This document shows positions 1 to 11,779 of a stretch of DNA of 64,000 bases, one piece after another (position 1 is the first letter of the stretch; each line of letters begins with the position of its first letter). Origin of the DNA: Leucoraja erinacea (Eukaryota). The notes under the pieces are model-generated. The model was given only the letters and a program-made list of their open reading frames with translations. It was not told where the DNA came from and made no database searches. The DNA is taken from the NCBI RefSeq assembly GCF_028641065.1, contig NC_073381.1, forward strand, positions 65,038,001 to 65,102,000, read 5' to 3'. Made by a program: the position numbers and the translations under genes.

Positions 1-23
1 ATAGATTCTATTCTATTCATTCA

Positions 24-125
24 TTAGAAATGTTTGAATGGTGCACTGACTGGCTGACATTTTTAAATTTCGTTATACATGGCTCATGTTACAATGACAA
101 TAAAGAAACTATTCTATTCTATTCT
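24..125 (+). mobile_element. Rex/Babar-type LINE 3' tail fragment ending in (TTCTA)n; truncates the DIRS element
   Basis: Near-identical to the reverse complement of the 3' UTR at 1958-2070 (…AATGACAATAAAGAAACTATTCTATTCT). Confidence 0.8.
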
Positions 126-1783
126 TCCATTCTTTTAAAAAATAATTGTAACCTACCCCCAATTTGTAAGTAGGACACATCTGATATGTTTCTTTCAGAA
201 CCAGAACCACCTACCTCAGGGTTTCCTGGTGTCACTTTTAGTACCTTGCCCCTTGTGGGAATACCATGTCCTCCACGTCCTGGGGTTGTATGCCCATATC
301 TTGTATGCGGGTATGAGCGACTTGTTCCTTCACCAGTTCCCCTTCGGTATGGATATTGCCTTCTAGCTGTGCTGCCAAACATCGGTGGCTTCATCATCCC
401 ACTGGTTTTGATTCTTCGTTGAGAACCTTCAGTTTTTTTGGCAAGCTCTTCTCCAAAGAGTAAGTGTGGCAATTGTATATTAGATGGTTTACAGAGCCCT
501 GCAAACTTAGGATGTATGTTAGGTCTTATCGCAGATGTACGAATACAGTTTATTTCAAAATGTGCATTACACATCATTCCCATCACATCCTGTTGTGACG
601 TTGTCACATTTCCTTCATCTAGATCTTTGGCAAATGCCGTAATGCTTGACCCCATTAATTTTAATACTCGCTGTAATCTCATTTCTTGAGCTCTTACTGC
701 AGTGCCCATATAATTCCACACTTCTTTGTTAACAGCTGGAACTCCTAACAGAGCACAGTTCTGCGGGATTTCATATTTGTTCACAATTTCATCCATCGTT
801 GGTTCTTCCAAATGATGGGAAAGCAGGTAATTTATACTCTCTGCTATCTCCTCTGGTAGAGGTTGTCCCTTGTGTCTGGGACTAGAGAACTTTTGGGCCA
901 GCCCTGGCACTTTTCTTTATTGCATTGGGCTCTGGTCCTCAAATGATTCGTTATCAGAGTATTCTGGATATTCCTCCTCATAATGGGTTTCACCTGGATG
1001 TTCATCATCAGGTATTACATGTGATGGCTCTATGATAGGCCTACGGTTTTTTGGCCCTCTTTGGGGTACATCAAGCTCTTCCATTGAGCTGTATATTGGC
1101 AGCCCACTTTTGGGTGCTGCTCCATATTCTGGGTCATTTCTGGTGCTGCCTCCGTGTCAGGCCAGCCCACATATTCATCTTCATCATCAAGCATATCGGT
1201 CGGTGGCTCAAATCTGTGCCAACGTTTCCCAGAACCTCTTCTGGGTGTTCCATGCGGTTGCTCTTTGAGCCCGCGTTTTTTATACTCCTTCTGGAGTTTG
1301 CCTTTATAAATCATTTTACCCATGAGGAATTCCATTTGAGAAAGTCTGTCTGTAATGATCTCTGGTTCAGATTCGTCCGAGTCTACCAGCTGATTAGTTT
1401 TCTTTTTGGTTTTGCTCCCTGCGGGAGTTTCAACGGGACTTTTTTCTCCCGGTTTAGAAGTACTCGGTTTATCTACCGACTTTTTAATCGGGCGACCGCT
1501 ACTCTCAGACATTTTGTCGTCTTGAGTGCTCACTGCAGTGCGCTTTTCCTTATTCCTCCCACCTTTCTCCATAAACTAAAACTTGCCTGTCTCTGCACGC
1601 AGTCTCCAGAGAAAAGCAGCCTGAAAGTGAAAGTAAAAATACTTACGTTCAGATTTTCTTTCACTCACCGCTTGGAGGTCCGTCCTCCTACCACGGTGGC
1701 AGCGCAATGCGTCTGACAAGATGACGCACGTGCGCCTGGACAGCCTTCTTCACGTAGTCACTCACGTGACTCCGAAGTAAAAT
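126..1783 (-). mobile_element. DIRS-type (tyrosine-recombinase) retrotransposon, 5' part: terminal repeat, frameshifted gag-like ORF1 and the first codons of the RT ORF
   Basis: ORFs 1030-1572 and 119-910 (-) carry DIRS gag-like motifs (PQNCALLGVPAVNKEVW, LLFGEEL), followed by IGGRLQLFFKR, typical of the DIRS RT N-terminus (GGRLxxF). The 5' terminus reads ATTTTACTTCGGAGTCACGTGAGTGACTACGTGAAG at about 1748-1783. Confidence 0.8.
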
Positions 1784-1784
1784 T

Positions 1785-3340
1785 TCTCTTCTTATGTACT
1801 TGCCATTTAATGACAGCTAGTGCCCCTAATTTCAATATTGCCATTATCAGGTCTAACTTTACTGCTAACTTTTCATGTGGTCTCCATTGCTTTTCTCAAA
1901 GCCTTTCTATTTCCCTACTACAAACATGAGACAGACCCCTTGAACATATGCTTAGTTAGAATAGAATAGAATAGAATAGAATAGTTTCTTTATTGTCATT
2001 GTAACATGGACCATGTACAACGAAATTTAAAATGTCAGCCAGTCAGTGCAGCATTCAAACATTTCTAAAAGCTAACGATACATACACGGTAAAATAATAA
2101 AGATAAACAACTAAATAAATATCACGAACAAAGCACGCATACACACCCAACCCTCCATCCTTCTGTCGATTTCACAGTTACCACAGTCCCTTAGTCTGTA
2201 TCGCCCCTGCGTTCCTTGGCGGCTACATTTAGTGCTTTTATAGCAGTGGGGTAAAAACTGTTTTTTAGTCTGTTCGTCCTTGTCCTTGTAGATCTGTACC
2301 GTCTGCCTGACGGCAACAGTTCAAACAGGGAGTGTCCGGGGTGGGAAATGTCCTTTATGATATTCTGGGTTTTTTTGGGGCAGCGGGAACTGTGTAAGTC
2401 CTCCAAGGTAAGGAGAGGGCAGCCGACAATCCTCTGGGCGTTGTCAATGGCCCTCTGGAGCGCTTTCCTCTGAGCCGCTGTGCAGCTGGTGTACCACACG
2501 CATACACAGTATGTTAGTATGCTCTCAATGGAGCACCGATAAAAGGACAGCAGCAGTCTCTGAGTGATGTTGTTCTTCCTGAGCACCCTCAGGAAGTGCA
2601 GTCTCTGCTGGACCTTTTTCAGCAGCGCAGTGGTGTTCACGCTCCACGTCAGGTCCTCCTCAATATGGATTCCCAGGAAGCGGAAATCCGCCACCCTCTC
2701 TACACAGTCCCCTCTGATAGTCAATGGTACCATGTCCGTTTTGTTCTTCCTGAAGTCTATTATTACTTCCTTTGTCTTTAAGGTGTTGAGGAGCAGGTTA
2801 TTTTCTTCGCACCACACGTTATACCAACCTTAGTTGGTATAAACTTCATCTTTCTCACTTTCCCCCATGTCACATACTGCTCTTAAAGCCTTAATTTCTG
2901 CCAACTGAGCTAAGCAAGATTACAGGCTTCCAATTTAATTACCTTAAAGTCTAATTCATCCGTATGCACCACTTTAAACCCTACATACTTTCTATTATGA
3001 TCTCTTTAACAAGAAACATTCCCAAACAAAACCTTTTTGTCCCCTTCATTCAAAAGTTTTGACTGTAAAACATTCTTTAGGCTTGTTTGTCCTTCTTCCT
3101 TCATTATCTTTCTTAATGATGTCACAATTTCAACATACTTTCCAATCTAGTCTGAACTATATCCTGCCATTCCCAAGCTCATCATCATCTGTCCTACTTT
3201 CTGAGGTTTTAGACTTACAATGTCTCTCTCACATTGCTTCTCACTTGTGGAACAAACCAACAAATCATCCACATACTGTATCAAATACTTTCTAAGGGTT
3301 CACCTTCCAACTCTGCCTTTATCATCTGATTAAAACATGG
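1785..3340 (-). pseudogene. pol: ERV pol remnant (RT palm/thumb and RNase H), split by the LINE at 1958-2828
   Basis: FNQMIKAELEG…LIQYVDDLLVCSTSEKQCERD (YVDD at 3264-3275); KPQKVGQMMMSLGMAGYSSD*I; RNase H LFGNVSC*RD…AQLAEIKALRAVC…VYTN* continuing past the LINE as AYVQGVC…KGF…LAVIKWQVHKK at 1790-1950. Confidence 0.85.
1958..2818 (-). mobile_element. 5'-truncated Rex/Babar-type LINE (RT C-terminal region) with (TTCTA)n tail and 7-bp TSD
   Basis: ORF 2191-2817: WCEENNLLLNTLKTKE…FRFLG…KKVQQRLHFLR…HPGHSLFELLPSGRRYRS…RLKNSFYP. TSD CTTAGTT at 1951-1957 and 2829-2835. Confidence 0.9.
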
Positions 3341-3399
3341 GGCTAGTATTTAAAACTCTACCTCATCCTAGCCTTTCTTGACCTCCTCCTTGAGATCCC

Positions 3400-4700
3400 T
3401 CCCTCCCTTGGGGACCCCAGTCCTGTCTGGGCTTATATCCAGATTAATTTCACTCCTGATAGGACATTTTGAGGAAACGCTCCCCCAAAGACATTTATTA
3501 TTGGCATGTAATTCTCTGGCCCCTGCTTGGCTCTGTCATAGGACTCACTGTGTGTCAATGCATCACTTATTTCAATCTTTTCAACCAGGTCCGTTGTTAT
3601 TGACAACATTGTCTTTCTTTTTTCACGCTCTTTCTTTTTAAGCTCTTCGTTACATTAGCATCATTTTTCTCTGCACTTCCTGCTGGTCTGCAAGTCTTTT
3701 TCCTATCTTTGCGATATTTCTTGACCGCAGAGACCAACTGATCGCTGAATCGGGGGTGTGAAATAAATGACAATCCCACCACCTCCTCCAATCTAGGCTT
3801 GACTTTAGGAGGAATGACATCCACCACAGTGGTTCAGAATATAGTGTTCATTAACTGGTTGCTTTCTATTTATTGTTCATTTTCAAGTCTCCGCCTTTTC
3901 AGCTGGTTCTCCAGATAGGCTGCTGGATCATTTGCCTCTCCTAGTGGATCTCCCCTTTATTCCTTGGGGTCCACCTTAAGTGGGTAACATTGTCTGAGGG
4001 CCTGCCATACCCTCTGCCTGACTGTGTCAAACAGCATGCAATTGTTTATTACATTGTTCACAGCATTTTTATACCAGCCATCTTCAGTAGTTCTGTCAGT
4101 TTAGTGGTTCCTATCACTTTCACCAACAGTGCCTTCAAATCTCCCATACCCAATAATCGTCCCACGTTCTCCTCCTCCAAAGCCCTAATCCATTTCCTGC
4201 CCCATCAGGAATATTGGGTAAGGTATTTTTAGCCCTCTCAGTTTATGGGTGCCACAAAGGATAATCTGTGTCTGTCCTCCTCTTTTCTTTTTAAAGCACT
4301 CATCAATTTATCCCTCTGCTTCCCACTTTAATCCTTTCTGGTATGCCTTCTTTCTTATTCTAAACTCAATTTCTTGCTTCTCAAATATTCTAGCCTCCTT
4401 GCAAATTCATTCACCTTTCCTTTTTTTAAATCTTCCACTGACTCCTCCTGCTTTATTACTTCACACCTGTCATTCCCTACTGTTATCTCCTAACTGCCTC
4501 TCTCTCCTTTCTTTCTAAAATGCCTAAGTGTATCTAATTCCTTTCTTTTCCCACTTTTCCAACTTATCTGTGGGCATATCATTCATAATTAACACTTCCA
4601 TCTTGTCACACATTTACCTTGAAAGTGCCTTCCTTGGGCCACTTCCTCAAATCTCAGCAAATTCTGAAAATCTCAACAAACAATCATTACCCTTCTCCAA
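3400..4700 (-). pseudogene. gag: ERV gag remnant
   Basis: KWIRALEEENVGRLLGMGDLKALL, GDPLGEANDPAAYLENQLKRRRLE and VKPRLEEVVGL (ORF 3597-3827) resemble fish class I ERV Gag. Multiple stops; boundaries approximate. Confidence 0.7.
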
Positions 4701-5617
4701 CCAGAATGTTTTCCATAAAACAACAAACCATAAAAGCTGGTCATGTTTCAGCAATTAACTTATTTCCAATTATTTCAATCCATTCTCACCACTATTTTAA
4801 ATTTCCAATTCCTAGTACTTGTAACAATTTTCCAAATTAGCTTTACTGAAAATAAATCTAAAAGAAACATCAGGAAAAGTCCAAGAACCTACATTTTCCA
4901 ACTTTCCACTTTTAAGTTACCTTACAGCTGTTCGTAACCTTCCCCCATTGCTTACAACTTATTAAAGGAACATACACCTACCCTTACAATGTGGTCTACA
5001 ACAAACAAAATAATTATCACATCTATGAACTTCCTCATTCATTCAAAACCGGTTTTTACACGCAAATCACATTCGTTCCATTCTTACTTCAAAGAAATTA
5101 TGCAATTTTCTACACGTATTAAAGTTTCAAAATTACCATTTATATAATTCTTATCTCCCTTAAGTTAAAGTAGGATGGTCTAATCCCCTATCAGTCAGGT
5201 TCCTGAGTGCAGTGATTGGACATTGATTCAGATCGTGATTAGTCAGACTCACTGTCACTCAAATTCTAACCACACCCCACTAAGACCACAACCAATCAAA
5301 ATCCTAGTCACTCAACATCTGACCACACGCCACTCCCATTAATTCCAGACAAAGGAACACATTTTGTCTTGATCTCTCAGTAGAAAATGCTGAAAGAACA
5401 AGCAGCAGAAAGAATGCAGCAAGCTTATCTTCACAAACAGTTAAGAAACTCAGTCCTTACACCTCCTCCGTCCTTGTAGTTATTATATTACCTTAATATA
5501 TTCTTATTGCAATATAACCTTACACTATTCTTATTGCTACTCTACTTTCTGCTATTCTACAATATTTTATCACTGTGTACACTTTCTGTTACGCACTTAC
5601 CTTAAATTTGTATTTTG

Positions 5618-5706
5618 CCCGTACAAACCCCTGACCTCTCAGGGCGGTATCCACAAATTACTTGCCTTGTCCGCGCAAACCCCTGACCTCTCAGGGCGGT
5701 ATCCAC
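5618..5706. repeat. Two-copy tandem repeat in the ERV leader
   Basis: CAAACCCCTGACCTCTCAGGGCGGTATCCAC occurs twice, about 52 nt apart. Confidence 0.85.
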
Positions 5707-5777
5707 GAGGTCTAAATAAACTCTTAACACTATCACATTACTTTCTTATCACAAATATTAATACTCACCACACACAG

Positions 5778-6803
5778 TAGCAATGTTACAAAATTTTGAG
5801 ATTTAAAAAATCAAGTCTGCAATTTATCCCATCAGATAAAGCATAACAATAAGTTTAATTTGACACCTAATTCACTTTCATATCTCAAGTAATAAAAATG
5901 TTATGGCCATTTTCATACTCGGAAATTAGCATCTTGTTCCCTATTGATTTTCTATGGACAGAACAAAAAAGCTGTGATCGTGGACAGTCAAAAGCACATA
6001 ACCTTCTTAAAAATTAAGAGAACTGAAGGAAATTTTCAGTTATCATAGATTGAACCATTCTGAAACAAATATAAATAATCTTACTTGGATGACCTGAAAT
6101 TAAAGCATATAATTAGCTAATTTCAAACTTCAATTTACTAGATCTAAACATCTATCCATTTCTTAATAAATGATTAACATTTTTAAATAGCCCAAGTGTC
6201 CAAATAATATTCACAAATAATTCACAATAAAACATGATTTTTAAATCTCATTTACATCAATTTATAGGCCAAATGGAAGGAATTTAGTGTTCAATTGCTG
6301 TAAATTAAAGTCAATTTAAATCGGCTTTCTAGTGGGTTCATGTGGAACGCGCTGGTTTAGAACGTTCACATTGTGCTAGATTTATGCCCTCAAATGCCCA
6401 GAAAAATACTGCGGGATATAAAGAGCCCAAAATGAGCTACTCGCTATAGAAAACTTTAATAACAGGGTTATATACATGCCCCATTTAATGTAAAAATAAG
6501 GTATATACCTTTAATTGTTTACTTTATAAAACCCTGGGGCTGCAAGAGGTTGCGGAGTGAGAGAGTGATTTTTTTAAACTACTATACAGCTATTATACAA
6601 GGCCATAAAAACTAATAATACCTTTTGCGACTGGGGCTTACAGCGGTTTTCCGCTAATGATTTACTAGGCTGAACCTTTTCGATTGGAACAGCCTCGTAA
6701 AAATCGCGTTTTAAACCCGCCCCCTCTAAACAGCGCCAAAATCACACACAAGGGGTGGGGCAGATGCTCAGCCACGATTCAGGTAGGTTTTGTAACATAC
6801 CTA
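5778..6803. mobile_element. Non-autonomous TIR DNA transposon (hAT-like termini), about 1.03 kb, inserted in the ERV leader
   Basis: TIRs TAGCAATGTTACAAAA / TTTTGTAACATACCTA (14 of 16 match). Flanking direct repeat CACACAG at 5771-5777 and 6804-6810. Confidence 0.8.
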
Positions 6804-7072
6804 CACACAGCGCAGCCTTCTCGGACAACCCTCCGTGCAACCTTTTTAGAACAATTTAGTGCCAGATTCTTGGGTCGGAGAGACCTTCTAGCTACCTAGG
6901 CACTTCTGTGTCCCCAATGGCTTATCATGAACAACAGCTAATTAGTCCAAATGAAGCGGAAAAAACACAAAATTTTTAGGTGGCCACCTTTGTTCTGTTT
7001 TCCTTAAGAGCCACATAAGGGGCTGGGAAGGCCCTGGGCTACTTGTCTTTTAATTAATGGTCTCTTACCGAG

Positions 7073-7088
7073 CCTGCTCACTGCGCCA
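7073..7088 (-). promoter_or_regulatory. ERV primer-binding site, tRNA-Ser-like
   Basis: TGGCGCAGTGAGCAGG lies 4 nt downstream of the LTR end (…CCCCGACA). It is complementary to the 3' end of vertebrate tRNA-Ser with about one mismatch. Confidence 0.7.
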
Positions 7089-7092
7089 ATTT

Positions 7093-7525
7093 TGTCGGGG
7101 TTTTAAGACTCAAAGTTTGGATAAGATGACACAGACACGGAGAATTCTTCAAGAAGACGAAAAGCCTTTATTTACAAACAATTTTGGCTTGGAACATTCA
7201 GAGACAACACGGCCTGGTCACTCTCTAATTGTTCTCCGATTCATAAAACCAGACCGCTTTTTATTACAGTTGTAGCCTTATCTTTGACTACTTTGGCATG
7301 CATGCTTCTGTAACTTTAATCTCTCACTATGTCCTTGCCCTTTAACTTTAACTCTGAGCCTACCATGGTGTTCTAGCTAAAGCAAAATAAAAAATAAGGA
7401 GCAACTTGTTTTTGTGCCTTGATGTCTGATCACATAAAAATAATGTTTTAAACATATTGGTAAAAGTAAGAAGTAACTTGTTTCTTCTATATAACTTCTA
7501 TAAGGTCAAGAGAAGTATATACACA
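7093..7525 (-). repeat. ERV 5' LTR
   Basis: Ends in CA next to the PBS. AATAAA at 7167-7172 (-) and TATA-like TAATAAAAG near 7258-7266. The upstream boundary is uncertain. Confidence 0.7.
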
Positions 7526-8649
7526 TCATATAATGAATTGGGACAGCAAGTGAGAAAGGTGTAATGTGCAAAATTAGATTTTTTTTAAAATCATGTTTAG
7601 AAAACTCAATAAAAATGTTGGTTTGCTATATTTTTTTTTATTAAGGGTGCCTTCTAATCCAAAGCCAATATGTTTTAGTGTTTAAAAACCTAAGCTGGGG
7701 CAGTGGTGTCAAATGATCGGTGCCCATTTCTTCCTCAGCCAAGGAGCATTGTTTTCCACCGTGGATGACCTGCTAGGCTTCATTGACCTTCTTTCATGAA
7801 TCCTGACTTTCAAATGCTCAGAATACGCAGAAGCTGTGTATTACATTAAATGTTCCATGGGAATTGCAAAATGTAAAATGTGACAGTGCAGTATGGCAGA
7901 ATCTCTTAAAGGGATGGGGGTAATCCAAGCCAGCTTTATCTTTGTGTGCTGAGGGGGGAAAATGGGTGGACACCTAGACAGGACATTGTGCTTTCTAAGA
8001 TGAAGCATTTGAAGCAAGGATTTATATGGATATCCTCTTCCCAAACTAAAGCCTATGGCTTCATGAAGATCTGTGATGATTCCATGTCTTGCTTTATTCT
8101 TGGACTCTCTGATAGCAGGTCCTTGAACTTATGGAGCAGAACTTTACTGTCTAATAAAGATATGCTCCTTTCAGAATTCTACAATAACACAGCACCCATG
8201 TCCACTATGCATTACCCCTTGACTGATGTCAATGTTTCATTTTCCAGCTCTGAGCAAATAAAATATATTGAGGACTGGGGGACTATTTACCTGAGCATGC
8301 CATGTGTACAAAGAGTTTCCAGCTGCTTTTAGATTAAAAATCTAACATGCACACATTAGAATTTCTCGTTCCTTAAATTTTCAGTGATGAAATACCAGAT
8401 TAACTTTAACAAACCTCTGCTGTTGTCAGAAGAATACGGTTGAGAGGGTCAGATAGATCAGCCCTGATTGAATGGCAGCCTAGACTTGATGGACCAAATG
8501 GCCTCATTCTGGTTCTAAAACTTATGAAACATAAAATATCCCCTCTCAAATATCTTCTTTCAGGGTCTAAGCCCAAGAACAGGTTAGTTACTCACTCTCT
8601 GAACTACAGTCCAGGTGACAAGGGAGAGGGAAAAAGGAAAATATTGTCA

Positions 8650-8795
8650 AATCAAGTCAAGTTTATTTGTCACATACACATACGAGATGTGCAGTGAAAT
8701 GAAAGTGGCAATGCTCGTGGACTTTTGTGCAGAAGACAAACAACAAAACAAATTATAAACAATCATAACACACATATTCTTTTACATAATAATCA
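8650..8795 (-). mobile_element. Rex/Babar-type LINE 3' tail with (TTGAC)n
   Basis: Reverse complement closely matches the tail at 30540-30693. Confidence 0.75.
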
Positions 8796-9511
8796 GTATA
8801 ACATATAGATAATAACATACAAGACCAGTGCAGGAAAATAATGGCAACCACCTAAAGGGAAATACTTTTTTTTTTTTTTTTTTTAAAGCCAGATTTGCAA
8901 GGAAAAGATTCTTGCTAAAATCACTGCTCATAAACATTCACTGGGATGCATCAATATCTAAATTTAACTAAGATTAGTTTAACTCTTAATGCACTGTGCA
9001 ACCTCACTCTCTCTCTTAACTCTTAATTTTCATCTTATGATTCTGAAGTGATCAAATGGGAACTATTTTGGTCACCTAATCTTTAATAAAAAAATAACTA
9101 CTCATTTTAAGGTACGTTATTACTAAGATAAGCAGGTCAACACTCCTGCTTAGGAATGTCCAACTGATAAAAATAGAACAAGGGTGTTTTGGTCCTGTCA
9201 TTTTCTGCAGATGAGTTTCCCCAATTCTTCATAAACATATTGGCTAAAATTGCAGTCATGTGGTTTTAGAAGTTTCTTGACCATTTTTTATTTGGTAACT
9301 TAGTTGTTGCTACTTATTCTAAATCTTCATTATTTACATTAGTTACATTATTCAAATAGGATCTGCAATCACTTGTGAAATTGAACAGCACAAGATTAAC
9401 TCAAAATGTAAAAACGTTACAGAGAGAACAAATTCTCAGAACAAATTGACCTAACCTTAAAGTAGACTCCTTATAACATAAAATATATGGTTTACTGTGA
9501 CCAAATCCCAT

Positions 9512-9788
9512 TTTCAACCCACCGGGTCCGCGCCGACCCAGCGATCCCCGCACATTAACATTATCCTATATCCACTCGGGGCATTAAAAACAACATTTTT
9601 TTTTTTAACATTTACCAAGCTAATTAACCTATAAACCTGCACGTCTTTGGAGTGTGGGGGGAAACCCGAAGATCTCGGAGAACATACAAACCCCGTAGAG
9701 ACAGCACCCATAGGCGGGGTCGAACCCGGGTCTCTGGCGCTGCACCGCTGTAAAACAGCAACTCTACCGCTGTGCCACCGTGCCGTCC
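9512..9788 (-). mobile_element. tRNA-derived HE1/V-SINE-like SINE
   Basis: Head GGACGGCACGGTGGCACAGCGGTAGAGTTGCT…GGGTTCGACCCC (A and B boxes) and V-domain-like CCCCACACTCCAAAGACGTGCAGG. Confidence 0.8.
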
Positions 9789-10179
9789 AACTGAGTGAAA
9801 TGTAAATTTAAACTTGAAGATATCCATCTCTTACACAATGCTAATTAAAGCATTTTTACATTTTAGTACACAGTTATTTTGTAATTCACCATCAGCTGTA
9901 GAGGTTTTTATATTTCTAAATGTTATCTTTTTCTGTAAGTGGTCTAGGGTCAGAATAGTCTTTACTGATGCTGTTCCCTCTTTGATTCATTGCTATTGAG
10001 CATGTTGAATTTAGGATCACTTAATTAAATTTCTGCAAAAACAAATTAGGGCTACATATTGGTTTTAACAAATTAATAATAATGTCATGCGAGTAATAGG
10101 CCTTGCATTAACAGTACATCTCCAAGTAAATATTTCCACCCAATGCAAATGTACTGTGGTAATTGGTAGTAATTTTATT

Positions 10180-11320
10180 AAAATCCTGTTTGTTGATTTT
10201 AGCTCTGCATTCAACACCATTGTGCCAGAGCTACTACACTCCAAACATTCTGAGTTGACTGTGCCTGAACCCCTCTGTCAGTGGATCACCAACCTACTGA
10301 CAGGAAGCAGCATGTGAGGCTGGGAATGCACATCTCGGACCCGCAAACGTTCAGCATAGGAGCACCGCAAGGCTGCGTACTCTCTCCTCTCCTCTACTCT
10401 CTCTACACCAACGACTGCACCTCCACAGACACCTTTGTCAAGCTTCTCAAGTTTGCGGATGACACAACCCTGATTGGACTGATCCAGGATGGGGAGGAAT
10501 CTGCCTACAGACAGGAAGTGTCAGAGCTGGCGTCCTGGTGACCTAGAGCTCAATGCTCTTAAGACAGTGGAATTGATTGTAGACTTTAGGAGAGCTCCCC
10601 CTCCCCTCACCCCATTTCCATCAACAACACCACAGTCACTTCTGTGGAGCCTTTTAAGTTCCTGGGAACCATCGTCTCCAAGGGCCTTAAGTGGGGGGCT
10701 ACCATCGACTCCACAGTCAAAAAGGCACAACAGAGAATGTACTCCCTGCGGCAGCTGAGGAAGCACAATCTGCCACAGGCAATGATGGTCCAATTCTACA
10801 CAGCCATCGTAGAGTCTGTTCTCACCTTCTCCATCATGGTCTGGTTTGGCTCAGCCACCAAGCACAACACCTGGCTGCAGCGAATAATCCGATCAGCGGA
10901 GAAGGTTATTGGCTGCAAATTTCCCTCCATTGATGAACTGTACACTGCAAGGGCCAGGAAGCGAGCGGGCAAGATCATCTCTGACCCCTCTCACCCTGGC
11001 CACAAACTCTTTGAATCACTTCCCTCTGGAAGGTGCCTCCGGACTGTCAAAGCTGCCACAGCCAGACATAAAAACAGTTTTTATCCACGAGTAGTTGCTC
11101 TACTCAACAGCCAAAAATCTGTAGCCTCCCTTTGATCTGGTATTTTGTTGGTTCACATGCTTGATCAATGGTGTTTTATCATTAATGTTTTATTATTATT
11201 AATGTTTAGTGTTTTCCGAGTCATTCGTAACTGTCACTGTATGTCATGTTGTTACTTGTGGGTGGAGCACCAAGGCAAATTCCTTGTATGTGAATACTTG
11301 GCCAATAAACTTACTTAATT
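10180..11320 (+). mobile_element. 5'-truncated Rex/Babar-type LINE, RT region and 3' UTR, frameshifted
   Basis: ILFVDFSSAFNTI, GAPQGCVLSPLLYSLYT, KFADDTT, KKAQQRMYSLRQL, HPGHKLFESLPSGR, RHKNSFYP. Confidence 0.9.
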
Positions 11321-11549
11321 TTATTAAATTGAAATTATATCTTGATTTAGCCACGCTGATATGACCATTAGCATTTCCTTTTCGAAGAAAGGATTGGTCG
11401 TTAGAAATTGAACTTTGAATCTTGCCCATCATCTACTGCTGATGCCCAATCAGATCTCCTGCAATAATTTTGAAATTGGACAAAAATACATTAAAAGCAG
11501 AACATTCTGTATTTAGAGATGCAATAATCAGGGACCTATGATTAATTGT

Positions 11550-11690
11550 GTAGGAAAGAACTGTAGATGCTGGTTTAACTCGAAGGTAGACAAGTCTGAA
11601 GAAGGGTCTCAACCTGAAAGGTCACCCATTCCTTCTCTCCAGAGCTGCTGCCTGTCTCGCTGAGTTACTCCAGCATTTTGTGATTACCTG
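11550..11690 (+). mobile_element. Penelope-derived terminal-repeat fragment with a degenerate hammerhead motif
   Basis: CTGAAGAAGGGTCTCAACCTGAAAGGTC at 11596-11623, followed by the family motif GCTGAGTTACTCCAGCATTTTGTG. Confidence 0.65.
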
Positions 11691-11779
11691 TGATTCATTG
11701 ATTGATTGAGAGATACAGCATGAAAACAAGTCCTTCAGCCCACCAAGTTCACACCAACCATTGATCACCCAATCACTCG

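Larger units (their letters stand above)
1785..7525 (-). mobile_element. Decayed class I (epsilon/gamma-like) endogenous retrovirus, 5' half (LTR-PBS-leader-gag-deleted pol), with nested insertions
   Basis: Hand translation of the - strand gives gag, RT and RNase H motifs in retroviral order downstream of an LTR and PBS (see sub-features). The LTR 5' boundary is approximate. Confidence 0.85.

Noticed and set aside
1051-1716. 221-aa hydrophobic + strand ORF
   Set aside because: Antisense to the purine-rich DIRS gag; a shadow ORF.
1785-4300. Possible APOBEC-type G-to-A hypermutation of the ERV
   Set aside because: Only a few inferred W-to-stop and D-to-N changes; cannot be separated from ordinary decay without a consensus.
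7946-8332. 128-aa ORF in unique sequence
   Set aside because: No recognisable domain or convincing splice context.
9512-9788. tRNA-like sequences (also 33476-33799, 55768-56075, 61300-61375)
   Set aside because: These are SINE heads followed by SINE bodies and tails, not tRNA genes.
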